DNA of 64,000 bases from Eubacteriales bacterium. GTDB lineage: Bacteria > Bacillota > Clostridia > Oscillospirales > CAG-272. The notes beneath the pieces were generated by a model that was given only the letters and a program-made list of their open reading frames with translations, ran no database searches and was not told where the DNA came from. The stretch lies in assembly GCA_045661185.1 (NCBI GenBank), contig JAZRFD010000039.1:12713-76712 (forward strand), in the 5' to 3' direction. Below are positions 37,247 to 47,104 of this stretch, piece after piece (the stretch's first letter is position 1; each line of letters starts with the position of its first letter). Both the position numbers and the translations under genes were made by a program.

Positions 37247-38044
37247 CTACCCCAACGCCACGTCCAACAGCATCATCAGGGCAAAGCCGCAAACAATCCC
37301 CATCGTGGCAAAATAGGGGTGTGCGTCTTGGTTTTGCTGACACTCGGGGATCAGCTCGTGCACCGCCACAAGGATCATCGTGCCCGCCGCAAAGGCGAGC
37401 GCAAAGGGCAGGATCGTTTCCATGTGGATCACGGCGACAGCACCGATCACACCCGCCACGGGCTCCACCATGCCCGAGAGCTGACCCAGAAAAAAGCTTT
37501 TGCGACGGGAATAGCCCTCACGACGCAAGGGAACCGAGACCGCCGCCCCCTCGGGAAAGTTTTGCAGACCAATCCCCACAGCGATCGTCAAAGCCCCCAT
37601 AAACGCCTCGGTAGAAAAGCCCGTGCGATGCAAAGCACCGAACGCGACGCCAACCGCCAGTCCCTCTGGAATGTTGTGAAGAGTGATGGAGAGGATCAGC
37701 ATCAAAATACGGTTGCCGCGCTTGGAGGGGGACGCAATATTCGCGCGCCGCCGTGCGTATGTCACGATCTTGTCGGAGAGCCACATAAAAAGGGCGCCAA
37801 ACAGAAACCCCACGGTCGCCACAAGATAGGCGGGGGCGCGCAATGCCGCCTCGGCACGCTCGATCGCGGGCTGAAGAAGCGACCAGAAGCTTGCCGCGAT
37901 CATCACACCCGCCGAAAAGCCCAGCATCAGATTCAAGGCCTTTTGGTTAGGGTTTTTAAAAAAGAAAACGGTCGATGCGCCAAGCGCGGTCACGAGCCAC
38001 GTGCCGCATGTCGCAATCAGAGCCGAAACGACAACAAAATCCAT
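37247..38044 (-). CDS. ZIP family metal (zinc) transporter
   Basis: Multi-TM protein with HNIPEGLAVG and the LQNFPEGAAV ZIP signature. Confidence 0.85.
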   Translation of the reverse strand: MDFVVVSALIATCGTWLVTALGASTVFFFKNPNQKALNLMLGFSAGVMIAASFWSLLQPAIERAEAALRAPAYLVATVGFLFGALFMWLSDKIVTYARRRANIASPSKRGNRILMLILSITLHNIPEGLAVGVAFGALHRTGFSTEAFMGALTIAVGIGLQNFPEGAAVSVPLRREGYSRRKSFFLGQLSGMVEPVAGVIGAVAVIHMETILPFALAFAAGTMILVAVHELIPECQQNQDAHPYFATMGIVCGFALMMLLDVALG

Positions 38045-38179
38045 AATCTCACCTCTGTTCCCATTTTATGACAGGGCGGGGAAAAGGGTGAAATTTGTGC
38101 AATGCGTATATTTTGAGGCCATATTGACAGGATGCTGATTGAACATTTTAACAAAAATATAAAAAATATGAAAAGGGGA

Positions 38180-38234
38180 TTGACAAAAAACGCCTTTTCC
38201 TTTATAATATTATACGGTTAGTTAATGCTAACCG
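38180..38234 (+). promoter_or_regulatory. feoA promoter (TTGACA-17-TATAAT) with overlapping palindromic operator CGGTTAG-N6-CTAACCG
   Basis: TTGACA at 38180-38185, TATAAT at 38203-38208, and the palindrome at 38215-38234 right at the predicted transcript start. Confidence 0.7.
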
Positions 38235-38271
38235 ACCAAAACACGTCGCGTGCAAGCATAGGGAGAATGAT

Positions 38272-38484
38272 ATGACTTTGGCAGATGCAGAGGTTGGAAA
38301 GGAATACGTCATTCGCGCCATCGAAACCGATGACGAGGAGCTGGATGCGTTTCTGTTTTCTCTCGGCTGCTACAGCGGCGAGCCGATCACCGTCGTTTCC
38401 CGTCGCAAAGGCAGTTGCGTGGTGGCGATCAAGGACGGTCGTTACAGCATCGACAGTCAGCTCGCGGAAGCGATTTTAATTTAA
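38272..38484 (+). CDS. feoA: Ferrous iron transport protein A
   Basis: 70 aa with an SH3-like FeoA pattern (L.D...G..Y.I..I......LG...G..I.V). Confidence 0.88.
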   Translation: MTLADAEVGKEYVIRAIETDDEELDAFLFSLGCYSGEPITVVSRRKGSCVVAIKDGRYSIDSQLAEAILI

Positions 38485-38517
38485 AAAATAATCGAAGGAT
38501 TATTTTTTTGCCAAATA

Positions 38518-38535
38518 GTTAGCCTTGGCTAACCG
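38518..38535 (+). promoter_or_regulatory. Second GTTAG-N6-CTAACCG palindrome, between feoA and feoB
   Basis: GTTAGCCTTGGCTAACCG. It is preceded by a weak AT-rich hairpin plus T-run (AATAATC-GAAG-GATTATTTTTTT, 38487-38510). Confidence 0.55.
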
Positions 38536-38600
38536 TTCGCGTTTAAGCAGCAACGCTGCCAAAAATAAAAGATTTTATCATTACGAGGGGGAAAACCAAA

Positions 38601-40643
38601 ATGAGAATTGCCTTAACGGGTAATCCTAACAGCGGCAAAACGACCATGTACAATGCATTGACCGGGCAAAACGAAAAGGTTGGCAACTGGGCAGGCGTTA
38701 CCGTTGAAAAGAAAGAGCATCCGATCAAAAAGAGCTTTTGCAAGGGTGTGGGAGCGGAGCTGATCGCGGTCGACCTGCCGGGTGCGTACTCGATGTCGCC
38801 CTTTACGTCGGAGGAGAGCGTTACCAGCTCTTACGTCAAAAACGAGCATCCCGACGTCATCATCAACATCGTTGACGCTACGAACCTCAGCCGAAGCCTG
38901 TTCTTCACCACGCAGCTCTTGGAGCTTGGTATTCCCGTGGTCGTTGCGCTGAATAAGGCAGACGTCAATAAAAAGAAGGAAACCACGATCGACACCGCGG
39001 CACTCTCCCAAAAGCTTGGCTGTCCCATCGTGGAAACGGTCTCCACCTCTGCAAACGGACTCAAGGACGTTGTTGCAAAAGCGATCGAGAGCATCGGAAA
39101 GGGCCAGATCGCACCTTATGTGCAGGGGGATATTAACCTGACCGACAAAAAGATCGTTGAGGCAGCGGACAGAAAAAGATTCGCATTCGTCAATGAGATC
39201 GTCGATGCGGTTGAGACCCGCAAGGTTTTTACCAATCGGGAAAACAAGCAGGATGAGGTAGACAAGATTCTGACCAATAAGTGGCTCGGTATTCCGATTT
39301 TTGCGGTTGTCATGTTCCTTGTGTTCCAAATCTCGCAGGCATGGCTCGGCGCGTGGATTGCTGAAGGCGTGACGATTGGCTCGCTTGAAATTTCCGGTCT
39401 TGTCACCTTGATTGAGATGTTCGGTGAATGGGTCAGCGGGCTGATGGAAAACGCAAACCCCATCATCGCATCAATCGTTGTCGACGGTATCATCGGCGGT
39501 GTCGGTGCGGTCGTCGGATTCTTGCCGCTGGTCATGGTTATGTACTTCCTCATCGCACTTCTTGAGGATTGTGGCTACATGGCGCGCGCAACCGTCGTGC
39601 TTGACCCCATCTTCAAAAAGGTCGGTCTTTCCGGTAAATCCGTGATCCCGTTCGTTGTTGGTACAGGCTGCGCGATCCCCGGCGTTATGGCGTGCCGCAC
39701 CATCCGCAACGAGCGTGAGCGCCGTGCCACCGCAATGCTTGCCCCCTTTATGCCTTGCGGTGCAAAGCTTCCCGTAATCGCTTTGTTCGCAGGTGCGTTC
39801 TTCAAGGATTCTCCTTGGGTTGGAACCGCTATGTATTTTGCAGGTATCATCCTGATCCTTCTTTGCGCGCTTCTTATTAATCTTCTCACGGGGAACAGAA
39901 ATAAAAAGTCTTTCTTTATCATGGAGCTGCCCGAATATAAGGTGCCCTCCTTTGCAAAAGCAACCTTTTCCATGCTCCAACGCGGTTGGGCGTACATCGT
40001 CAAGGCAGGAACCATTATTCTCGTTTGTAACTTTGCAGTGCACCTGATGCAGACCTTCGGGTGGAACTTCCAGCCTGCCTCGGATGCAAGCAGCTCCATT
40101 CTCGCAACCATTGCAACGCCGGTTGCATATCTTTTTGCTCCCATTGTGGGGGTTGTTGCTTGGCAGCTCGCAGCGGCGGCTATTACAGGCTTTATCGCAA
40201 AGGAAAACGTCGTGGGTACGCTGGCAGTCTGCTATGGATTTATGATCAATGAGGCTCTGGAAGCGGTCAGCGGCGCGGCAGACATCAAGAGTGCCATTGG
40301 CATCGGCGCCGTTGCGGCACTTGCATATCTGATGTTCAACCTTTTCTCGCCCCCATGCTTTGCGGCAATCGGTGCTATGAACGCAGAGCTTCAAAGCCGT
40401 AAGTGGCTCTGGGCAGGTATTGGACTTCAGCTCGGTGTCGGCTACTCCCTCGGCTTTTTGACCTTCTTCTTCGGCGCACTCTTTACCCGCGAGGGCTTTC
40501 ACTCAGTTTGGATGCCCATCGTTGGTTGGGCAATCGTTGCTCTCTTTGCGGTGATCCTTGCGGTGCTCATTATCAAAAAGAACCGTCAGCTCAAGGCAGA
40601 ATATACCCTTGGCAACAAGAAAAAAGCAACTGTAAAGGTTTAA
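38601..40643 (+). CDS. feoB: Ferrous iron transporter FeoB
   Basis: N-terminal G-domain (ALTGNPNSGKTT, DLPG, NKAD) followed by a polytopic membrane domain. Confidence 0.95.
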   Translation: MRIALTGNPNSGKTTMYNALTGQNEKVGNWAGVTVEKKEHPIKKSFCKGVGAELIAVDLPGAYSMSPFTSEESVTSSYVKNEHPDVIINIVDATNLSRSLFFTTQLLELGIPVVVALNKADVNKKKETTIDTAALSQKLGCPIVETVSTSANGLKDVVAKAIESIGKGQIAPYVQGDINLTDKKIVEAADRKRFAFVNEIVDAVETRKVFTNRENKQDEVDKILTNKWLGIPIFAVVMFLVFQISQAWLGAWIAEGVTIGSLEISGLVTLIEMFGEWVSGLMENANPIIASIVVDGIIGGVGAVVGFLPLVMVMYFLIALLEDCGYMARATVVLDPIFKKVGLSGKSVIPFVVGTGCAIPGVMACRTIRNERERRATAMLAPFMPCGAKLPVIALFAGAFFKDSPWVGTAMYFAGIILILLCALLINLLTGNRNKKSFFIMELPEYKVPSFAKATFSMLQRGWAYIVKAGTIILVCNFAVHLMQTFGWNFQPASDASSSILATIATPVAYLFAPIVGVVAWQLAAAAITGFIAKENVVGTLAVCYGFMINEALEAVSGAADIKSAIGIGAVAALAYLMFNLFSPPCFAAIGAMNAELQSRKWLWAGIGLQLGVGYSLGFLTFFFGALFTREGFHSVWMPIVGWAIVALFAVILAVLIIKKNRQLKAEYTLGNKKKATVKV

Positions 40644-40649
40644 TACGCT

Positions 40650-40853
40650 ATGGAATTGATTGACTATATTGTACTCGGTATCATTGCTTTGATCATTGGC
40701 GGAGCGGTGGCTTACATCATCAAGGCCAAGAAAAGCGGCAAAAAGTGCATCGGATGTCCCGACGGCGGGGCATGCTCCTCTAAATGCGACGGAAGCGCTT
40801 GCTCCTGTTGTAGTGGTTGCCATACCGACGCCGACAATGAATCAAGCAACTGA
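40650..40853 (+). CDS. FeoB-associated Cys-rich membrane protein
   Basis: One TM followed by the Cys-rich tail CIGCPDGGACSSKCDGSACSCCSGCH, immediately after feoB. Confidence 0.8.
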   Translation: MELIDYIVLGIIALIIGGAVAYIIKAKKSGKKCIGCPDGGACSSKCDGSACSCCSGCHTDADNESSN

Positions 40854-40855
40854 AT

Positions 40856-40930
40856 CAAAAAAATCGCCCTGCGGTTTAGCGTGATACTCCGTTAAGAGTA
40901 TCACGTTAAACCGCAGGGCGTGATTTTTTA
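40856..40930. terminator. Long bidirectional terminator
   Basis: CGCCCTGCGGTTTAGCGTGATACTC...GAGTATCACGTTAAACCGCAGGGCG, flanked by an A-run and a T-run. Confidence 0.85.
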
Positions 40931-42346
40931 TAAGCCGCCAAAGAGATTGAAGGCTTGCAGGAGAATGAGAACAAGGAGTATCGGGCAAACGAATTTAATC
41001 ATCACCACGAAAAGCCTTTCACGGTAGAAGGGCTTGTTCTCCTGCCCGAGCTTTACCTCGTCAAGCACACTTTTGGGCTTGCAGACCCATCCCACAAGCA
41101 CGCAGGTCAGAAGCGCTACGATCGGCAGCATGATGCTGTTGGAAACATAGTCCAGCAGATCAAGGATCTGTCCCGACGTTCCGTTGGGAAGCGGAATATT
41201 ACAGAAGAATACGTTGTAACCGAGGCAAACGACAGCACCGATCGCGGTGGAAAGTGCAAAACAAAGTCCCGTTGCGCGCGAGCGCTTGAGATGGAAGCGG
41301 TCGATCAGACTGGCGGTCACGGTCTCCATCAGGGAGATCGAGGAGGTCAGCGCCGCAAAAAAGACCAGAACGAAGAAAAGCGCCCCCACAACGTGTCCCA
41401 AAAAGCCCATTTGCTCAAACACACTCGGCATAGAAACGAACATCAGGCCGGGGCCGGAGCTGGAAAGCCCCTCGACGCCCTGGAAAACGAACACCGACGG
41501 AATGACGATCAATCCGGCCAGAATTGCAACACCCGTATCAAAAAGCTCAATACGGTTGATTGAGGTGAGCAGGTCGCTGTCTTTTTTTGCGTAAGAGCCG
41601 AAGGTGATCATAATACCCATGGCAACGCTGAGGGAGTAGAAAAGCTGCCCGACGGCATCCAGAAGGATCGTAAAGAATTTGCCGACCGTCAACCCCTTAA
41701 AGGAGGGAACCAAGTAGATCTTGAACCCCTGCCATGCTGTGCGCGTTTCACCGCTTGCATCGGTGTGCTTGAGTGTCAGCGAATAGACCGCAATACCGAT
41801 AATCATGATAAAAAGAACGGGCATCATGATCTTGGAGGCCTTTTCAATGCCTTTTTCAACGCCCAGAAGCACGATCACGGCAGAAAGCCCCATAAAGATC
41901 AGGAAGCAAATGAGGGGAGCCCAGGTGTTTGTAATAAAGCCGTCAAAAAACGCGCCCGTTCCAACCTTGTAAATATCCCCCGCGCCGCCGCGCAGATAGG
42001 TGAAGGCGTATTGCACGATCCAGCCGCCAATAACGCAGTAGTAGGGAAAGATGATCACGGGAACGGTGGTTGCGATCCAACCCAAGAACCCGAAGCGCTT
42101 GTCCATTTGTTTGTACGCCTGAAGGGGACCTATGCCCGTTTTGCGCCCGATCGCAATCTCGGCAGTCATGAGCGTGAAGCCGAAGGTCAGAACCAAAAGA
42201 ACGTAGATCAGAAGAAAGAGGCCGCCCCCGTCCTTTGCGGCAAGGTAGGGGAATCGCCAAAGGTTACCAAGACCGATGGCCGAGCCCGCCGTTGCCAGAA
42301 TGAATCCAAGGCTGCCTGTAAAATGTCCGCGTGTGTGTTTTTCCAT
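40928..42346 (-). CDS. Sodium-dependent transporter, neurotransmitter:sodium symporter (SNF) family
   Basis: LATAGSAIGLGNLWRFPYLAAKDGGG is the NSS signature. Confidence 0.92.
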   Translation of the reverse strand: MEKHTRGHFTGSLGFILATAGSAIGLGNLWRFPYLAAKDGGGLFLLIYVLLVLTFGFTLMTAEIAIGRKTGIGPLQAYKQMDKRFGFLGWIATTVPVIIFPYYCVIGGWIVQYAFTYLRGGAGDIYKVGTGAFFDGFITNTWAPLICFLIFMGLSAVIVLLGVEKGIEKASKIMMPVLFIMIIGIAVYSLTLKHTDASGETRTAWQGFKIYLVPSFKGLTVGKFFTILLDAVGQLFYSLSVAMGIMITFGSYAKKDSDLLTSINRIELFDTGVAILAGLIVIPSVFVFQGVEGLSSSGPGLMFVSMPSVFEQMGFLGHVVGALFFVLVFFAALTSSISLMETVTASLIDRFHLKRSRATGLCFALSTAIGAVVCLGYNVFFCNIPLPNGTSGQILDLLDYVSNSIMLPIVALLTCVLVGWVCKPKSVLDEVKLGQENKPFYRERLFVVMIKFVCPILLVLILLQAFNLFGGL

Positions 42347-42473
42347 AAGATACCTTTCCGTGGCCGATTCCGCAAATTGGAAGTTAATAACTCGCTTATT
42401 ATACCATAAAAAACGAAAAAATGCAAGATACTAACAAGGATTTATCATAGTATTTGTTGAAACGAGGTGTTTT

Positions 42474-43586
42474 ATGAAGATCTTGCACGTAATCAGCGAT
42501 CGGAACGTGGGCGGCGCGGGAGTGCTGCTTTGCAATCTGCTGCGCCATTTTGACGCATCGGTTGAAAGCGTTGTGGCCTTACCGCGCGGAAGCGCTCTTA
42601 CGGCACGGCTGGATGCCTTGGGCGTGGTGAACGTGCCTTTGCGGTATCCGTGTGATCGCTTGTCGGCGGCATCTGTCAGGGAGATAGGTCAGGTGATCCG
42701 TGAAAGCGGCGCAGAGCTGGTGCACGCCAATGCCGCCATCTGCGCGCGCGTAGCGGGAAAGCGCGCGGGGGTGGGGGTACTGTTTACACGGCATTGCTGC
42801 TTTCCGCCGACAGGACTTTTACGCGTGGCTCCCGTGCGTTGGTTGGCGGGGCGCTTGAACCGCGCCTTGAGTGATGCCGCGATCGCAACGGCCGAGGTTG
42901 CCGCCGATAACCTACGTGCCTATGGGATCCCCGAGCGGGAGATTCACGTTATCATCAACGGCTCGGACGCGGTGCGAACGGTACCCGAGGCGGAGCTTTC
43001 CGCATTTCGGGAGCGGTACGGCATTGACACCGACGAGTACGTCATCGGCATTTGCGCGCGCCTTGAAGCCTGCAAGGGGCAGGACGTCTTTTTGCGTGCT
43101 GCCAAGCGCCTGATCGAGGTGTTTCCGCAAGCAAAGCTCCGATTTTTAGTTGTAGGAGGCGGCTCGGAGGAGGGAAGATTGAGATTGCTTGCCGACCGTT
43201 TGGGGATCGCGCGTCGGGTTACGTTTACGGGATTTTTGGAGGACATGGCACCCGTATACCGCCTTTTGCGGGTCAACGTCAACTGCTCGCGAGGCACCGA
43301 AACCTCTTGCTTGGCGCTTTCCGAGGGCATGAGCGCGGGGGTGCCGATGGTGGTCAGCGACTACGGTGGCAATCCCGCAATGATCGGGGAAAGTCTTGCG
43401 GGATTTTTATTCCGCGCGGAGGACGACGCGATGCTTGCCGAGGTGCTTGGACGGATTATCCAAACCCCCAGATTGGAAAAGCAGATGCGCGCGGCGGCCT
43501 TGGAGCGGTATAAAAATCATTATACCACAGAGCGGATGACCGAGCGCGTGACAGCACTTTATCAAGCTTTGCTCCAAAAGAAATAA
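42474..43586 (+). CDS. Glycosyltransferase family 4 (GT-B)
   Basis: N-terminal MKILHVISDRNVGGAG and a C-terminal EGMSAGVPMVVSDYGGNPAMI (E-x7-E-like) motif. Confidence 0.85.
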   Translation: MKILHVISDRNVGGAGVLLCNLLRHFDASVESVVALPRGSALTARLDALGVVNVPLRYPCDRLSAASVREIGQVIRESGAELVHANAAICARVAGKRAGVGVLFTRHCCFPPTGLLRVAPVRWLAGRLNRALSDAAIATAEVAADNLRAYGIPEREIHVIINGSDAVRTVPEAELSAFRERYGIDTDEYVIGICARLEACKGQDVFLRAAKRLIEVFPQAKLRFLVVGGGSEEGRLRLLADRLGIARRVTFTGFLEDMAPVYRLLRVNVNCSRGTETSCLALSEGMSAGVPMVVSDYGGNPAMIGESLAGFLFRAEDDAMLAEVLGRIIQTPRLEKQMRAAALERYKNHYTTERMTERVTALYQALLQKK

Positions 43587-43623
43587 AAAGAGATGCGCGC
43601 GACAAAGTCGCGCGCCACGTTAT

Positions 43624-45021
43624 TTATATTCCCAAAAGTGCCGATGCGATGGCAAAATAGATCATCAGCGTCACCGTGTCAACAATGGTCGTGATGAACG
43701 GAGATGCCATTACGGCGGGGTCAAGACCAATCCGCTTGGCACCAAGCGGCAGAAGCGTGCCCACGATCTTTGCAAAGATGATCGCGCCAAACACCGTTGC
43801 GCAAATGATTGCGGCAATGATCAGATTATTCTGTACGTCACCGCCCCCTAAGGGTGTGTATGCCTGAAAACGGAAGTCGATCGCCATGACCTTAATAAAG
43901 GTTGCCGCCGCCAAGGTGATACCGCAGAACAAGCCCACGCGGATTTCTTTCCAAAGCACGCGAAAGACGTCGCGCAGAGCGATCTCGCCAAGTGAAAGCC
44001 CTCGAATGATCGTGACTGACGTCTGTCCGCCCGCGTTTCCGCCTGTGTTCATCAGCATCGGCAGGAACGCTGTCAAAATGGCGTAAGTACCGATAGCCCC
44101 CTCGTAGTGTGTGATGATCGCGCCTGTAAAGGTTGCGGTCACCATCAGTAAAATCAGCCACGGCACACGTTGCTTCCATACCTCCCAAACGCTCGTTTTG
44201 AGGTAAGGCTTCTCGCTTGGTAGCATCGCCGCCATTTTTTCAATGTCCTCGGTTGCCTCGTTCTGGAGCACGTCCAATGCGTCGTCGACCGTAACGATGC
44301 CCACAAGGCGTTGCTCCTTATCCACGATCGGAAGCGCGATCATGTCGTAATGTGAAATAAGCTGGGCCACGCTTTCGCGGTCGTCGTGGGTGCCGGCATA
44401 GATCACGTTTGTGTCCATCAGGTCACCGATCATGTCGGTCGGTTCGGCGAACAGAAGATGCTTGAGCTCGATCACACCCTGCAAGACGCGCGCGTTGTCG
44501 GTGACGTACGCCACGTACACGGTTTCCTTTTCAAGACCGATCCGTCGGATGCGTGTAACAGCCTCCTCGCACGTCATAGAACGGCGCAGATCAATAAATT
44601 CGCTCGTCATCACGCTTCCCGCGCTTTCATCGGGGTAGGCAAGATAGCGGTTGATCACGCTGCGCGTTTCGGGCGTCGCGTTTTTCATGATCCGTGTCAC
44701 CACCCCCGCGGGCATCTCCTCAAGCATGTCCACTGCGTCGTCGGTGTAGAGCTCCTCGATCATTAGTGTGATCTCGCGGTCGGAAAGTCGTTCGATCACC
44801 GATTGCTGGATCTCGGGGTCAAGCTCGGCAAATATTTCGGCGGCGGCATCCTTTTTCAGTAATCGGAACACCAGCGCACGCTTGTCCTCCGACAGCTCCG
44901 CGAAAAAAGCGGCGGCGTCGATCGGATTGAATTCGTCGATCCGCCCCATAAACGTCGAATACTGCCGTTTGTTAAGCAATTCCATCAGTTCTTCAAATTC
45001 CAGCATCAGCTTTTCGGTCAT
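43624..45021 (-). CDS. mgtE: Magnesium transporter MgtE
   Basis: N-domain, tandem CBS domains and a membrane domain (NTGGNAGGQTS, ASPFITTIVD). GGGAGG RBS before ATG 45021. Confidence 0.93.
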   Translation of the reverse strand: MTEKLMLEFEELMELLNKRQYSTFMGRIDEFNPIDAAAFFAELSEDKRALVFRLLKKDAAAEIFAELDPEIQQSVIERLSDREITLMIEELYTDDAVDMLEEMPAGVVTRIMKNATPETRSVINRYLAYPDESAGSVMTSEFIDLRRSMTCEEAVTRIRRIGLEKETVYVAYVTDNARVLQGVIELKHLLFAEPTDMIGDLMDTNVIYAGTHDDRESVAQLISHYDMIALPIVDKEQRLVGIVTVDDALDVLQNEATEDIEKMAAMLPSEKPYLKTSVWEVWKQRVPWLILLMVTATFTGAIITHYEGAIGTYAILTAFLPMLMNTGGNAGGQTSVTIIRGLSLGEIALRDVFRVLWKEIRVGLFCGITLAAATFIKVMAIDFRFQAYTPLGGGDVQNNLIIAAIICATVFGAIIFAKIVGTLLPLGAKRIGLDPAVMASPFITTIVDTVTLMIYFAIASALLGI

Positions 45022-45081
45022 AAAAATCACCTCCCATGGGGAAATAGAGGGGAAAGCATATATTTCTTTCCCCGTAGATCA

Positions 45082-46797
45082 TTAAATCATGCTACTCAGC
45101 GTTTCCTTGTAGCTTGCAAGCTTTCTCTCCGCGTCAGCTCGGTCGTTTGCCTCCAGCATGTAGTAAAACTTAATCTTCGGCTCGGTTCCCGAGGGGCGCG
45201 CCACGATCACGTCACCGTTGGTAAGCTTGTAGTAGAGCACGTTGGACGAGGGCATACCCGTTGGACGCACCTTGTCGCCCTCGGTGATCGTTCCAAGCTT
45301 ATAGTCGCCAACCAGCGCAACCGCCACGCCGCCAAAGCTCGTGGGCGGATCGTTGCGGAGCGAGCTCATCAAGGCCTCCATGCGGGCAGGACCCTCCAGA
45401 CCCTCCATATAGATCTCCACGTTCGTTTCATAGCAGAAGCCGTACTTTTCAAACAAAGCGGACAGCGCATCCGAAAGCGTCATACCCTTGGCCTTATAGA
45501 ATGCGGTCATCTCGCAAATGAGCATGGATGCCACCACAGCGTCCTTGTCACGCGCATACGTGCCCTTGAGGTAGCCGTAGCTTTCCTCAAAGCCGAACAG
45601 GAACGAGCCGTCACCGCTCTTTTCGTAGTTTTTGATGACCTCGCCGATGAACTTGAAGCCCGTCAGCACGTTGTGCATCAGAACGCCGTTCTCGCGGCAG
45701 ATTTTGGCCGCAAGCTCGCTGGTTACAATGCTCTTGACCGCATAAGGGTTCTTGGGCATCGTGCCGGTTTCCTTGTAGGCCGTAATGATATAATCAATGA
45801 GGAGCGCCCCCATCTGGTTACCCGTGATGGTGGTAAAGGACCCGTCGGGGGTACGGGTCATAACCCCCACGCGGTCAGCGTCGGGGTCGGTTGCCACGAT
45901 CAAGTCGGAGCCGACCTCGTTGGCGATCTTGATTCCGATCGAAAATACGTCGGGATATTCGGGGTTGGGCTTTTTCACGGTGGGGAAGTTACCGTCGATC
46001 ACCATTTGCTCATCCACGGTGTAAAGATGCTTAAGACCTATGCGACGCATAATCTCGGGAACGAGCTTGTGTCCCGTTCCGTGGAGCGGACTGTAGACGA
46101 TCTTGAGGTCGTCCGCCACAGCGCTCACCGCGTTGGGGTTGACCGCCTGCGCCTGCACATTGGCAAGATATTTTTCATCCATCTCCGCGCCAAGCATCTC
46201 GATCATGCCGCAAGAGACTGCTTCTTCATAGTCAACGGTTTTGACGTCCGTAAAAATGTCCAGCGCATTTATCGCGGCGGAAACCGTATCGGCGTGCTCG
46301 GGCGGCAGCTGTGCGCCGTCCTCCCAGTACGCCTTGTAGCCGTTGTATTCCTTGGGGTTGTGTGAGGCGGTGATGTTGATCCCCGCCACACATCCGCATT
46401 CGCGGAGCGCAAAGGAAAGCTCGGGAGTGGGACGGAGGGAATCAAACAAATAGACCTTGATACCGTTTGCAGCAAGCACGCACGCGGCGGTTTTCGCAAA
46501 GAGCTCAGAATTGTTGCGACTGTCATATGCCACGGCAACGCCGTCTCCCTCGCGACCCTCCTGCAAAATCAAAGTGGCGAGACCTTGGGTCGCGTGTGCC
46601 ACGGTGTGGCGGTTCATCGCGTTCATGCCGGTCTTCATTGTGCCGCGCAAGCCCGCCGTTCCAAAGGAAAGAGACGAGGAAAAGCGCAGCTCGATCTCGG
46701 TTTCATCATTTGCGATCGCGCGCAATTCTGCCTTTTCGCAGTCGGAAAGCGCATCGGCAGCAAGCCACTTTTGGTAGTTTTCAAGATATTGTTTCAT
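45082..46797 (-). CDS. Phosphoglucomutase/phosphomannomutase (alpha-D-phosphohexomutase family)
   Basis: TASHNPKEYNGYK is the active-site Ser loop, and the Mg loop DPDADR is present. GGAGG RBS before ATG 46797. Confidence 0.9.
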   Translation of the reverse strand: MKQYLENYQKWLAADALSDCEKAELRAIANDETEIELRFSSSLSFGTAGLRGTMKTGMNAMNRHTVAHATQGLATLILQEGREGDGVAVAYDSRNNSELFAKTAACVLAANGIKVYLFDSLRPTPELSFALRECGCVAGINITASHNPKEYNGYKAYWEDGAQLPPEHADTVSAAINALDIFTDVKTVDYEEAVSCGMIEMLGAEMDEKYLANVQAQAVNPNAVSAVADDLKIVYSPLHGTGHKLVPEIMRRIGLKHLYTVDEQMVIDGNFPTVKKPNPEYPDVFSIGIKIANEVGSDLIVATDPDADRVGVMTRTPDGSFTTITGNQMGALLIDYIITAYKETGTMPKNPYAVKSIVTSELAAKICRENGVLMHNVLTGFKFIGEVIKNYEKSGDGSFLFGFEESYGYLKGTYARDKDAVVASMLICEMTAFYKAKGMTLSDALSALFEKYGFCYETNVEIYMEGLEGPARMEALMSSLRNDPPTSFGGVAVALVGDYKLGTITEGDKVRPTGMPSSNVLYYKLTNGDVIVARPSGTEPKIKFYYMLEANDRADAERKLASYKETLSSMI

Positions 46798-46847
46798 TGG
46801 GTTCCTCCGTTTTGTATGTAAGTAAATGCTCCACAAGATAGGATATG

Positions 46848-47102
46848 TTATTTATTCTCGAGATATGCGCGCAGAGCAGTTGCAAGCTGATCGGGGCAGG
46901 AGGTGGACTTGAATCCGCAGCGAATGCCCGCAAGACGCTCAATAGCGTCCTCGATTTTCATGCCGCGCACCAAAGCCGCGACCCCTTGCGTGTTTCCCGA
47001 GCAGCCGCCGTGATAGGTGACCTCGAGAATCATGCCGTTTTCAACGGCGATGTCAATTGAGCGCGAGCAAACGCCGCGCGTCTGGTAAGTAAAGCGTTCC
47101 AT
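46848..47102 (-). CDS. TSCPD-domain protein (TIGR03905-like, 4-Cys)
   Basis: MERFTYQTRGVCSRSIDIAVENG.I..V.Y.GGCSGNTQG...L..G pattern. The start lies 2 nt after the upstream stop. Confidence 0.7.
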   Translation of the reverse strand: MERFTYQTRGVCSRSIDIAVENGMILEVTYHGGCSGNTQGVAALVRGMKIEDAIERLAGIRCGFKSTSCPDQLATALRAYLENK

Positions 47103-47104
47103 TA

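Noticed and set aside
45022-45081. Expected M-box (Mg) riboswitch upstream of mgtE
   Set aside because: Only about 60 nt separate mgtE from the upstream phosphohexomutase gene, which is too short for an M-box. mgtE is probably co-transcribed.
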